From contig NC_043011.1 of NCBI RefSeq assembly GCF_006345805.1, positions 56,742,464-56,806,463 on the forward strand: 64,000 nucleotides of DNA, read 5' to 3'. The position numbers and the translations under genes are program-made. This document shows positions 12,039-24,599 of this stretch, piece by piece (positions within the stretch are counted from its first letter, which is position 1; each line of letters opens with the position of its first letter). The stretch comes from Octopus sinensis (Eukaryota). The notes beneath the pieces are model-generated. The model ran no database searches. It had not been told where the DNA came from and worked only from the letters and a program-made list of their open reading frames with translations.

Positions 12039-15000
12039 TGTGTTCCACTCACATGCACATATCATCATCATCATCATCATCATATGCAGTTCTCTAGGTT
12101 GTCAGCTCCTGACAAACTGTCCAACCCATACCAGCAGGGAAAACAAACATTAAATGATGTTTACGATGATGATGATGATGATGATATATAGATATATAGA
12201 TAGATAGATATACACACACACACATTGCTTTATATTGAACAAATGAGAAAGGAGTGCTTAATAAATGTGGTAAAAATATACATTTATAAAAATCCATATT
12301 TGTATATTTGTGTGTGTGTGTGTGCTTATGCAAATGAGTCTGTAATTTCTCTTGTCTTCCCTCACTGGTAGTAAACAATGGCTTCACTGCTAGTTGTTTC
12401 ATTGCAGTCCATTTCAAAAGCACATCCAGCCTCTTTGACGAATGTTCACATGTTGTGTGATATTTGTAAACAAAAGGCTCATTAATACGATGCTGTTTGC
12501 TTCTGTTTCTGCTCGTAAAACATTTCTGGGAAGTTTGTTGTGCAGCAGGTGGGAGAAATTATTGCTTCACTTAAGGACGAGTGATGGTTGGCAGCAGGAA
12601 GAGCATCCGGTTGGGGAAAATTCTAACCCAGCTTATTTCTTTCTGACTCATTCAAAAGAATGGAAAAGAAGAGGTTTAACAAACCAGACGACTTAGAAAA
12701 ACAAATTCTGTGGATGATTTGGTCAACAAAACAGCCCAATTGGTGCCACAGTATGGGTGCAGCCTAATAATGGAAACAGATAAAAGATGAAAGATAAAAT
12801 AATAATAGGAGGAAGATGATGTAACAGTTATTATAGAGAACAAAGATATCAGAAAGAAAAAAATATTTTGTCAAAAGATAAACAAAAAAGGAGTCTGTAA
12901 ATGAAGAATTTAAGATTCAAAGAGAAACGAAGACTTGTGTTTTTAATTATAATTCCCCGTGAGACAAAGACTGGAAGTTGTTTACAACTTGTCAAAAGAT
13001 CATGTGATGTTGATAACATCAACTCTGATGAAGAATCCAAACGCATGTGGAATTATTAGCATCCAATTGTCAAACTTGGTGATCTTTATTTATTTCTTTT
13101 TGCTCTAACTTGGTTGTTGTGATGACAAAATTACTTTGCAAAAATATTAGACATATTTGCAGGCAAAACTGTGTGGTTAAGAAGCTTGCTTTGCAACCAT
13201 GTGATCTCAGGTTCAGTCCCACTGTGTGGCACCTTGAGCAGGCAAGTGTCTTCTTCAATAATCTCAGGATCACCAAATCCTTGTGAGAGAATTTGGCAGA
13301 CAGAAACTCTGTGTATATGTATGTGTGTGTGTGGCCATCACTACCTGATAACTGGTATTGGTTTGTTTACATCCCTGCACTTTTTTGCTTCAGGAAAAGA
13401 GACAGATAACAAGCAGAAGACTTTAAAAAAAAACGTACTAGGATCGATTTCAATGTGGTGCCCTAGCATGGCCACAGTCCAATGACTGAAACAAATAAAA
13501 CATAAAAGATATTCTGAATGAATTAATTAAAATGTTTGACCCCTTGTGGTAGGATGACCCAAGTGATTTCTATGACTCTCTCTGCAGTGAAGTCCACATG
13601 CTCCATTGTAGCATTACTGGATTTTGCTTTTCTGTCCATTGGAACTTGACCATTGAGGATGGGGTTTCCTCTCTAAGGTCCAAGAGAAATCCAATCTTCA
13701 CAGGTGTTGGGTGACCAGCACTTGAAGAATTTCACCGAGAGTTAAGACCTGTCTGTTGCCTTCAACTTAGTTTAACCAATCTGTGAATGGTATCGTCCAA
13801 CATATGACACACTGATGCCAAGAGATATTTCATGACCTATAGGTAAGAGCTTGGTGCCAGATGGATACTTGTGGCTGATCACTTCATTCCTTAATCCTTT
13901 TGCTCCCTACGGAGTGTAAGCCATGGATGAATTTTCTCTTCTCTTCTTGACTGTGAGCTGTTGTTTCTGCTTCTCTCCTTTTTATTTTATTGCATCACAT
14001 CACGTTTGCACTCATAAATAATGACTTTTATTCCTCTTAATTCTACCTCTGTTCATCTAATTGTATATATTTATCATTACTTTTCATTAAAAAAAGCCTT
14101 TATTTTTTTTATATCCAATGTGCATTTTCGCATTTTTCTTCTTACTTTCCTCTTATCTCTTCCATGTGTAGGTTCTTTTTTTTCTTTTAAACATATTCCT
14201 ATTATATGTGTGTGTGAGTATGTGTTGGTGCCATATAAAAAGCACTGGAGAATGTTCCACATAGAAAGTACTCTCTGTAAAAGGTTGGCATTATGAAGGG
14301 CATCCAGCTGTAGAGATCATGCCAAAACAGACAACTGGAGCCAGGTGTTGCCCTTGGCCTTACCAATTCCTGACAAACCATCCAACTCATGCCAGCATGG
14401 AAAACAGACATTAAGTGGTGATGATGATGATGATTATGATGAACCTGTAAATTAAGAGAGAGATTGACTGATCTGAAACAGGTCAAAAATGGCAAAATAA
14501 AGAACTTTGACACACTTAGCTGATTATTTGACTGAACCCATTAATCGATTAGTTAACTAGCCAAATGGATAATTAATTGACTAATAAATAATTAAGAATT
14601 CAACAAGAACCAGTGTGTGTGTTTGCTATTATTGGCATAATGACCCTTCCAAAGAAATAACAGAATCTGTTTCAATACATGAGTTCACATCAAGAATCTT
14701 GCAAACCAAATAGTAAACAAAAATTAAAAAAACTAGCAAAATGATATTAAATGCTAGTGCTCCATCATAGCCACAGCTTTTGAGTTGAGACTAGTAAAAA
14801 ATACAAGATAATACTAAGTTGGGGGACGAGAAAGAAAAACATTTATGTATTTGTAATTGAAATGATTGCGACTAAAGTCACATGGAACTGAACATTAACG
14901 AAGTAATTAAAGTCATTGAAACTGAAAATTAAAACCAGTTCACAAATTATATTCTGCAGAGATTTGACGAGAATTTTTTTATAAGAAGTTTTAATTGCTG

Positions 15001-16474
15001 CAGATTTCATAACGAGACAAATTTTATGCATGTAAAAAAAATATAAACAGGGACATAATAAATTTTAATCTCTAGATTAAAGTTTATTTATAGGTTTCAA
15101 ACGCCATTTAAACTTTCAGTAGACTACTACTACTACTACCACCACTACTACTACTGCTACTGCTGCTGCCACCACTGCCACCGCCGCCGCCGCCACCACC
15201 ACCACCACCACCACCACCACCACCACTGCTACCATTACTGCTACTCACAAGTGAATATGACTTGGTATCTTTGTACCATGCTTTGTCTAATTGTTTTCAG
15301 TGTCTTTGTAAGTTACAAATAGACTGAGATACCCTCCTGGGCCTTCTTGCCCTTGTTTCAGGAGAAAATCCAGGATGTAGCAACCAGAAGGAAAAAAAGG
15401 GTAGCACTAAGATCTAGTTTGCATTTTATTTTCAGCTGAGAAGACTGGAGACACAAGAAATGAAGCAACCTTTCTCATTTATACAATGTCCCACCTGGCC
15501 TACAAACTTGTTGAGGCTGATTTTTCTATGGTTGGATGCCCTTCCTGTCACCTGTCCTCACCTTTTTTCCCAAGCAACGTAATATTTCCCCCAAGGCCAG
15601 GCATGGAAATGGATGACCTTCTTTTATAACAACCACGTAATACCAAGATAAGGAGACACAAACATACACACATACTCTCACACATACACACACGTACAGA
15701 TACACACATACAGACACACACATACATATCATCATCATCATCGTTTAATGTCCGCTTTCCATGCCAGCATGGGTTGGATGATTTTGACTGAGGGCTGGTG
15801 AACCAGATGGCTGAACCAGGCTCCAATCTTGATTTGGCAGAGTTTCTACAGCTGGATGTCCTTCCTAACGCCAGCCACTCTGAGAGTGTAGTGGGTGCTT
15901 TTTACGTGCCACTGGCACATATATATATATATTTGTATATATATGTGTGTGTACATCTATATCTGTGTATGTACATGTGTGTGTATATATGCATCAATAT
16001 ATATATATATTCTCTTCTTCTTTTACTTGTTTCAGTCATTTTGACTGTAGCCATGCTGGAGCACCACCTTTTAGTCAGAGAAATCAACCCCTGGACTTCT
16101 TCTTTGTAAGCCTGGTACTTATTCTATCGGTCTCTCTTGCTGAACCACTAAGTTGCAATGACGTAAACACACTAAAATCAGTTGTCAAGCAATGGTGGAG
16201 GGACAAACATACAAATATATACACATATATTTGTGTGTGTATGTGTGTGTGTGTGTGGTGTGTGTGTGTGTGTGTGTTTGTGTGTGTGTGTGCATGTATG
16301 TATATAGATACAGCAGGCTTCTCTCAGTTTCCATCTACCAATACCACTCATAAGGCTTTGGTGCCACACAGTGGGACTGAACCTAGATCAATGTGGGTGG
16401 GAAGCAAGCTTCTTATCACACAGCCGAGCTTGCACCTATCCACACAACCACGCCTGTGTCTATATATATATAAA

Positions 16475-16688
16475 AGGTGGCGAGCTGGCAGAAACGTTAG
16501 CGCGCTGGGCGAAATGTTTAGCAGTATTTCGTCTGTCGTTATGTTCTGAGTTCAAATTCCGCCGAGGTCGACTTTGTCTTTCATCCTTTCGGGGTCGATA
16601 AATAAAGTACCAGTTTTGCAACTGGGGTCATTGTGATTCCTTTGTCCTTGTTTGTCCCCTCTATGTTTAGCCCCTTGTGGGCAGTAAA

Positions 16689-16690
<2 letters not shown>
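16475..16690 (+). mobile_element. tRNA-derived SINE, family B; partial copies at ~18225-18395, 43078-43178, 46355-46448(-), 51725-51870
   Basis: Head GGCGAGCTGGCAGAAACGTTAG, B-box-like GAGTTCAAATTCC, body GACTTTG-CTTTCATCCTTTCGGGGTCGATAAA repeated in the window. Confidence 0.85.
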
Positions 16691-16738
<48 letters not shown>

Positions 16739-16832
16739 CCAAGTTGCCTTCATATTTCATGTTGTTTGCGTTTTGTGACGTCCTGTACACATATGCATGT
16801 ATATCCGGAGTCATTCTTGTTGCTTATTTTTG

Positions 16833-16874
<42 letters not shown>

Positions 16875-17522
16875 TATATATGTAAGTGTGTACATATATG
16901 TATGCATATATGTATATATATATATGTATATATATATATATGTGTGTGTGTATACATATATATTTATTCTGTAAAGGATTAGGGAATTTGAAATCCAGGC
17001 AGGTATCTTATGAGCACTCTGATACATTCCAAATCTGGCAAACCACATTAAATGATAGGGAACATACAAAATTGTATATAACCTAAACAATCAAACTGTA
17101 CTTCACTCAACAGATGAATCCTGACTTTGCTTCACAGCATTTCATGCAGCATACAGAGTGTGTAATCAAAATCTCATAAAGAAGAATGGACAATTTATTT
17201 GCTAAAGTACTATTTTCATCAAATTCCAATCTGACACATGTTTCTGCTGGATGATTGTCTTAATGTCCTTTGATGCAGCAGCAGTTATGTGCTTTTAATT
17301 CATTTGAATTTAAATCAGTTGCAGTACGTCTTCATCCAAAATTTGACATTTCTATTTGGTATTTCTTTGTTTATATGAATTAAATGAAATGAGCAAGGAA
17401 TCCAATAGCACACCTAATTTAATTTATTGTGAAACCAATAATATCCATAGGGTGATACCTACTACTCTAGGTAAAGGCATAATATGTCTGCCAATAGCAT
17501 GCATAAAGTTAATATTAATAAG

Positions 17523-17710
17523 TATTATTGTAAGTGTAAGAACAAATTAGTATGTCCACTTGGAGGGCAATACTCCAGAAAAAAATCTAGTTTATAGATG
17601 TATAGTAACAGCTGATGATATTTCTAATTATTATGTAGGTCCATGTTCTACTGATTTTAAATGAAGATTATGTAATCACCTTTCTCCTTTCAAAAATAGA
17701 GAAAAAATGG
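17523..17710 (+). mobile_element. Penelope-like element GIY-YIG endonuclease remnant
   Basis: CKCKNKLVCPLGGQ / KNLVYRCIVT...YYVGPCSTDFK*RLCNHLSPFKN fits the PLE pattern CxC..CPLxG..VY..YIG..FKxRxxNH. Confidence 0.75.
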
Positions 17711-18489
17711 GTTCATTTAGACTTGAAAGGATAGGGACACCAAATATGATATCAAATGGTCAATAATTAGTAGTGCTTCACCATATATTAATAGCAATCA
17801 GAAGTGTGTCTCTGCTTGGAAGAAATATTCCTTATCCTTAACTCTAATTGTGGGTTATTAAATTGTGAAAACAAATTAGGATTAAAATGTAAAAATTCAT
17901 TTAGAAAAGTTTTTAAGTACTTTCCATATATGTAATTTAATTTGGATTCACTCAGGTTGAAGACATATAAGTTAACCCAATTAAATAATAACAAATTTAG
18001 TTTAGAGTTTGACAAATTTGCTCTAATCTACCACTCCAATTGCTAGGATAACCTCCCACTTGTTTATTGATGTATTTTTTTTTAACTAAGGCAAAATATT
18101 GTTGGAGTTTCACTTTGCTGTATTCATTTCAGTGAATACTAGATTTCTAATATTCGGAAAAACGTATAACAATTCTATTGCTATGGAATAGTCTGGCTAC
18201 CTAACTGAAACAATATTTATCTCATCTTTTATTTCGTCTGTCTTTACGTTCTGAGTTCAAATTCCACCGAGGTCAACTTTGCCTTTCATCCTTTCTGGGT
18301 CAATAAATTAAGTGCCAGTTGCATACTGGAGTCAATCTAATCGACTGATTCCCTCCCAAAAAATTTCGGGCCTTGTGCCTAGAGTAGAAAAGAATATTTA
18401 TTTCACCTTTCTTTCAATTCCTTTCAAATCAGTCCATTTATCTTATATTGTGTGATATTCTCTTTAACACAAGCGATTAGTGGTGTCAC

Positions 18490-18900
18490 TGCATCCTGTG
18501 GCTGTGTGGTAAGTAGCTTGCTTACCAACAACATGGTTCCAGGTTCAGTCCCACTGCGTGACACCTTGGGCAAGTGTCTTCTACTATAGCCTCGGGCCGA
18601 CCAAAGCCTTGTGAGTGGATTTGGTAGAGGGAAACTGAAAGAAGCCCGTTGTATATATGTATATATATATATGTGTGTGCATGTATGTTTGTGTGTTTGT
18701 GTTTGTCCCCCCAACATCGCTTGACAACCGAAGCTGGTGTGTCTATGTCCCCGTCACTTAGCGGTTCGGCAAAAGAGACCGATAGAATAAGTACTGGGCT
18801 AACAAAGAATAAGTCCCGGGGTCGAGTTGCTCGATTAAAAGCCGTGCTCCAGCATGGCCGCAGTCAAATGACTGAAACAAGTAAAAGAGAGTAAAAGAGA
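18490..18900 (+). mobile_element. tRNA-derived SINE, family A, best-preserved copy; other full or partial copies at ~13165-13510, 16015-16440(-), 22820-22985, 23735-23900(-), 26195-26555, 27530-28012(-), 29135-29545, 39740-39875(-), 47690-48067(-), 48990-49385(-), 51890-52065, 56130-56540, 59365-59515(-), 59640-59795(-), 60395-60690(-)
   Basis: A-box-like TGGCTGTGTGG, B-box-like GGTTCAGTCCC, then CCTTGGGCAAGTGTCTTCTACTATAG, internal microsatellite, tail GCTCCAGCATGGCC-CAGTC-AATGACTGAAACAAGTAAAAGA. Confidence 0.9.
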
Positions 18901-19163
18901 GTAAGTAAAATAAAATAATCCATTCCCTTAATATCTAAAGCGGCTGTTCTAACTTTAATCATATCATATTTCCCTAAAATCTGTCCTCCAGCCTGATGTT
19001 TTATGTTCCCTCACCAAGAATATACTTTAAGAATCCATGTTTGATACTTGTATCTTCAGTTCACTTCAGCCACCCACTGATGGGTAACTCCTTGAAAAAA
19101 GCTGCATGGCAATGTCAAACTCTAGATGAATAAGCATTGCAATTAATTGAATATAAATTAACT

Positions 19164-19359
19164 AGTAAAGATTGTTTACCAACATAACATGGCAGTCCTG
19201 GTTTAGGACGAATGTTGCTGTAATTTAGCCCCAGGAGACATCGTCTCCAGCTGGTTATACAACATGACCTGTGTCCTTATGTTTTCAAACAAGACTAAAT
19301 TACAGCAACATTCATCCTAAAACAGGACTGCTACATTATGTTGGCAAACAATCTTTACT
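19164..19359. repeat. 65-bp-arm inverted repeat (hairpin)
   Basis: 19164-19228 vs 19295-19359, 59/65 complementary. Confidence 0.95.
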
Positions 19360-19589
19360 CCAAAGTACTGTTGCTAAATATCTCTCGTTGTGAGATTTGA
19401 AAATAGTAATTTTCTAATAAATCAACTAAATGCACATAACTGCTACATCAAAGGAGGCTGGGATGCTTATCCAGCAGAAACACATGTCAGATTGGAATAA
19501 TACTTTAATAAATAAATTTTGCACATGTACACTTCCCTATTCTTGTTTATGGTGTTTTGGTATATATATATATATATATATATATATTG

Positions 19590-19823
19590 CCATGTTGATT
19601 CGCTAGCCTCTGCACGCATTTTTTTTCTCTCCTTCTTTCTGTGTTTCTTCTCTGTGTATCTTTCTGTTGAAGAGCGTAGGCTCGAAATGTTAAAGACTTG
19701 TTTTATTTATATTTCCTGAGCGCCATACTAATACAATTGTTTGTTTGTATTCCACCTGCCTTCGTCTTTTGTTTATTTCCGTAAACTTGCCTTCGTCTTT
19801 TGTCTATTTTCATAAAGCTTCCC
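19590..19823 (+). mobile_element. ~200 bp (TA)n-flanked repeat with hammerhead-like motif, copy 1 of 4 (probably Penelope-derived)
   Basis: Colinear with 34410-34604(-), 36218-36412(-), 39969-40165(+); motif TCTTT-CTGTTGA-A-GAGC(GTAG)GCTC-GAAATGTT-AAAGA. Confidence 0.75.
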
Positions 19824-19847
19824 GTTATATATATATATACACACACA

Positions 19848-20061
19848 CAGGGTGGCCCAAAAGTAGGTTTATAGTTATCAAGTAGGCACTTTGAATTTCT
19901 TTTAAAATATTTTATTACATTTAAATTTCTATCTTGTAATTAGCTAAATTAGCATAGAATAATGGTTTCATGTTTTTTTTATAATTAAGATCTAAACTGT
20001 TAATATATGAATGCGAAAGACATAGATGAATAATTGTAAAGGTACTTTTGGGGCCACCCTG
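19848..20061. mobile_element. Tc1/mariner-type MITE, 214 bp
   Basis: TIRs CAGGGTGGCCCAAAAGTA... and ...TACTTTTGGGGCCACCCTG, followed by TA. Confidence 0.85.
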
Positions 20062-20092
<31 letters not shown>

Positions 20093-20099
20093 TTGTATG

Positions 20100-20132
<33 letters not shown>

Positions 20133-20921
20133 GTATGTATGTATGTATGTATGTATGTATGTATGTATGTATGTGTATGTATGTATGTATATATGTGTAT
20201 GTATGTGTATGTATGTATGTATGTATGTATGTGTGTGTGTATGTATGTATGTATGTATGTATGTGTATGTATGTATGTATGTATGTGTGTGTGTATGTAT
20301 GTTTGTATGTATGTATGAATGTATATGTATGTATGTATGTATGTATTATGTATGTATGTGTGTATGTGTGTGTGTATGTATGTATGTATATATGTATGTG
20401 TGTGTACGTATGTATGTATGTATGTATGTGTGTGTATGTATGTATGTATGTATGTATGTATGTATGTATGTAGTATGTATGTATGTATGTATGTATGTGT
20501 ATGTATGTATTATGTATGTATGTATGTATGTATGTATGTTATGTATGTATGTATATATGTGTATGTATGTTATGTATGTATGTATGTATGTATGTATGTG
20601 TGTGTGTATGTATGTATGTATGTATGTATATGTATGTATGTATGTATGTGTGTGTGTATGTATGTTTGTATGTATGTATGAATGTATATGTATGTATGTA
20701 TGTGTATGTATGTATGTATGTATGTATGTGTGTATGTGTGTGTGTATGTATGTATGTATATATGTATGTGTGTGTACGTATGTATGTATGTATGTATGTG
20801 TGTGTATGTATGTATGTATGTATGTATGTATGTGTGTGTGTATGTATGTATGTATGTATGTATGTGTGTGTATGTATGTATGTATGTATGTATGTATCTC
20901 TCTCTCTCTCTCTCTCTCTCT
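20062..20921. repeat. Long (TATG)n/(TG)n array with internal ~365 bp higher-order duplication
   Basis: Marker variants TTTGTATG...GAATG (~20300, ~20665) and TGTGTACGTA (20401, 20771) recur. Confidence 0.9.
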
Positions 20922-21000
20922 AGAAACACACACACACGTATCCATTGGGAAGCTAGCATCTCAACCACAGTCAATCAGGCTCAATCAGGGCCTAATAACA

Positions 21001-21680
<680 letters not shown>

Positions 21681-23250
21681 CAAACACACTCACTACCTGC
21701 CACTCACCCCCCCCCGTCTCCATTACCACATAAACTACTAACCCCTGACCACCACCACCACCACCACCACCAGTACCATCAAAACTGCTACAACTGCCAC
21801 CGCCCCCGCCACCTTCACCACCACCACCACCAGCCTCCTTATTTAATCTCCCCCCACCCCCACTCCACCACCCCCACTTACATTCTCTTTTTGTTCCACT
21901 AAAAATGTACACTTTTCTACTGCTGGAAATATTTGTGTGTGTGTGTATGTGCATCAGTGTGTGTGTGTGTGTGTGTGTGTGTCTGCACATGTGCTGCATG
22001 TGTGTGTGTGTGTGTATACATATGCATGTGGTTAAGCACGTATGTGTGTGGTGGAGGTGGTACATGCATGCATGTACATATCTGTGTGTGCGTTTGTGGG
22101 TATGCGTATGTGTACATGAGTGTGTGTGTGTGTGCGCGCATGAGTGCATGCGTGTGTGTGTGCACGCATGTAGATACATATATCAATGTTCTGATGCAGG
22201 AATATTTTAAAGAGGTGTCGGTGGGGGCGAGCGAAGGAACGTTTCGTTGCAAGGTTTGCGATGCATGTGCACGTGCAGTGCCTATTTCTGAATTCAAACA
22301 GGAGAAGTTGTTGACCTTTCTGACATTTAAAGGAGGATTTTGGTTTTAAATTCTCCTTAGCAGGTTGTACTCATTGCTGCTTAAAAATCTCTGCTAGGCC
22401 TTTTCAAAGGGAAAAGAATGGCAACAGAAAGAAGGAGAGAGAGAGAGAGAGAGAGAGAGAGTGTAGGGGGGCGCAGTGTACTAAATCTTAAATTTAATCT
22501 TCATTTGTAATCGATGTCAAGACAGTTTCCCTCTTACATATGAAAAAGTCGGCCATAAACTGCTGCATGTGTCATGTATGTTACAATCGGAATGGCAATG
22601 AGACTAAAGTATGATATGAGTGAGACTAAAGAATGATGTGGATGAATCTAGCAAGGAATGGCTTGGATTAACAAAGTAGGAAATGGTAAATCAGAGACGT
22701 GACTTGAAGAAGTAAGAACAATGTCAGAGGGTTTGTTAGAAAGGAACTGCTTTGAAATTAGAGATGTTAAACTGTGAAACGAAAATCTTTGAAAATATTC
22801 TTAAAAATGATTCCATAATAGCACAGATATGGCTGCGTGGTTAAGAAGCTCAGTTTGCAGCCATTTAGTTTTGTGTTCAATCCCATTGTGTGCTACCTTG
22901 GCCAAGTGTCTTCTACTCTAGACATCAAGCTGACCAAAGCTTTGTGAGTGGAATTTGGTAGAAGGAAACTAAAAGAAGCCCAATATCATCATCATCATCA
23001 TTTAACATCTATTGTTTCATCCTGGCATAAGTTGAACCAGTTTCACAGAATTTGATGAGCTGCAAGCTCCAAGCACTGATTGTCTGCTCTGGCATGTTTT
23101 CTATGAGTAGATGCCCTTCCTGATGCCAACCATTTTACAGTGTGTGTTGGATCCTTCATGCCTCTGGCACATGTGAGGTGGCCAAGTAAATTGGAAGCTA
23201 GGAAAAGAAAAGGCAAAAAGGAAAAGCTCTCTTATATATATATATATATT

Positions 23251-23282
<32 letters not shown>

Positions 23283-23436
23283 ATTTCAGCAAAAACAATT
23301 AAGATTCAAGAGAATTCCAATGAATTCAAATGAATATGGTACTTAACTTAGATGCACCAAGATTCTTTATGGTATTAACCATAAAATTATGTGGGGTGAT
23401 TATAACCAAGAAAAAAGCAACAAGAATGGATCGGTA

Positions 23437-23526
23437 GATTAGTACAATTGTTTCATACTAAAAACATTTAATTTCAAGCTGCAAATATTACAGCAAATAT
23501 AATGTCAAGTATTCATCAGCTAAATC
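23437..23526 (-). ncRNA. Candidate minimal type I hammerhead ribozyme with extended helix II and palindromic helix III
   Basis: Minus strand GATTTAG-CTGATGA-ATAC...GTAT-GAA-ACAATTGT-A-CTAATC: intact core, GUA triplet. Confidence 0.65.
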
Positions 23527-23609
23527 ACATATAGGTTTTCCATATATTCTTAGAGAGTGTAGATATCCTTATGAAGTTATAGGAGTGAGTTCCATGCTTT
23601 TTTTCTTGG

Positions 23610-23660
<51 letters not shown>

Positions 23661-24365
23661 TAGATAGATAGATAGATAATTAGATAGATAGACAGATAGA
23701 TAGATAGATTTATAGATTTATATATATACACAATATGGGCTTCTTTCAGTTTCCATCATCCTAATCCACTCACAAGCTTTGGTCATCCTGAAGCTATAGC
23801 AGAAGACATTTGCCCAGAGTGTTAGGCAGTGAGGCTGAACCCAGAGCCATGTGCTTGAAAAGCAAACTTCTTACACTTCTTACCATACACCCACACCTAT
23901 ATATATATATTGTATATATTATTGTTGTGGATATTGTTGTTGTATATAATATGCAACGAATCGCCTGCTTATTCTGGTCAATCAACACAGACAATTAATA
24001 CAATGGCTATGCAAAACAATAAATTTGAAAGAAACAAAATTACTCAGACAATTAAATTTGCTTAATATCTGTCATTAGTACAGACTGACAAAGGTTAGTA
24101 TTACTAAACATAAATTTTCTAAATAAGTAATTTTAAATAATCAGAGATAAATTCTGATTCATTTTGTTCCAGTCTCTCTGTCACGGAGACAACATATCAA
24201 ATACATCTCTGTCTCTGCTGAAGATATTCTCTGGAACATTGCAAATTTCCTCTCACAATGATTCTATCAAGTGATTTTAATTTTATATCAAGAAATAATA
24301 CAATTTTGTCTGATGCAGACCATCACCAGACTCTTGGATTCCTGTTTTCTCTAAATTTAAATTTG

Positions 24366-24446
<81 letters not shown>

Positions 24447-24599
24447 TGTGTTTGTATTGTCATCATGTGATGATTGTAAATGAGCATCATCATCATACAA
24501 GCAATGTTGTTTGTTTCTTGTCTCCTTGGGTGAAATATCTCCTTACTTGGAAATAAAGTGAGGGTTGCTGACAGGAAAGGCATCTGACTGCCCTACCCC

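Noticed and set aside
18490-18570. tRNA gene
   Set aside because: A/B-box head continues into a SINE body repeated many times; no complete cloverleaf
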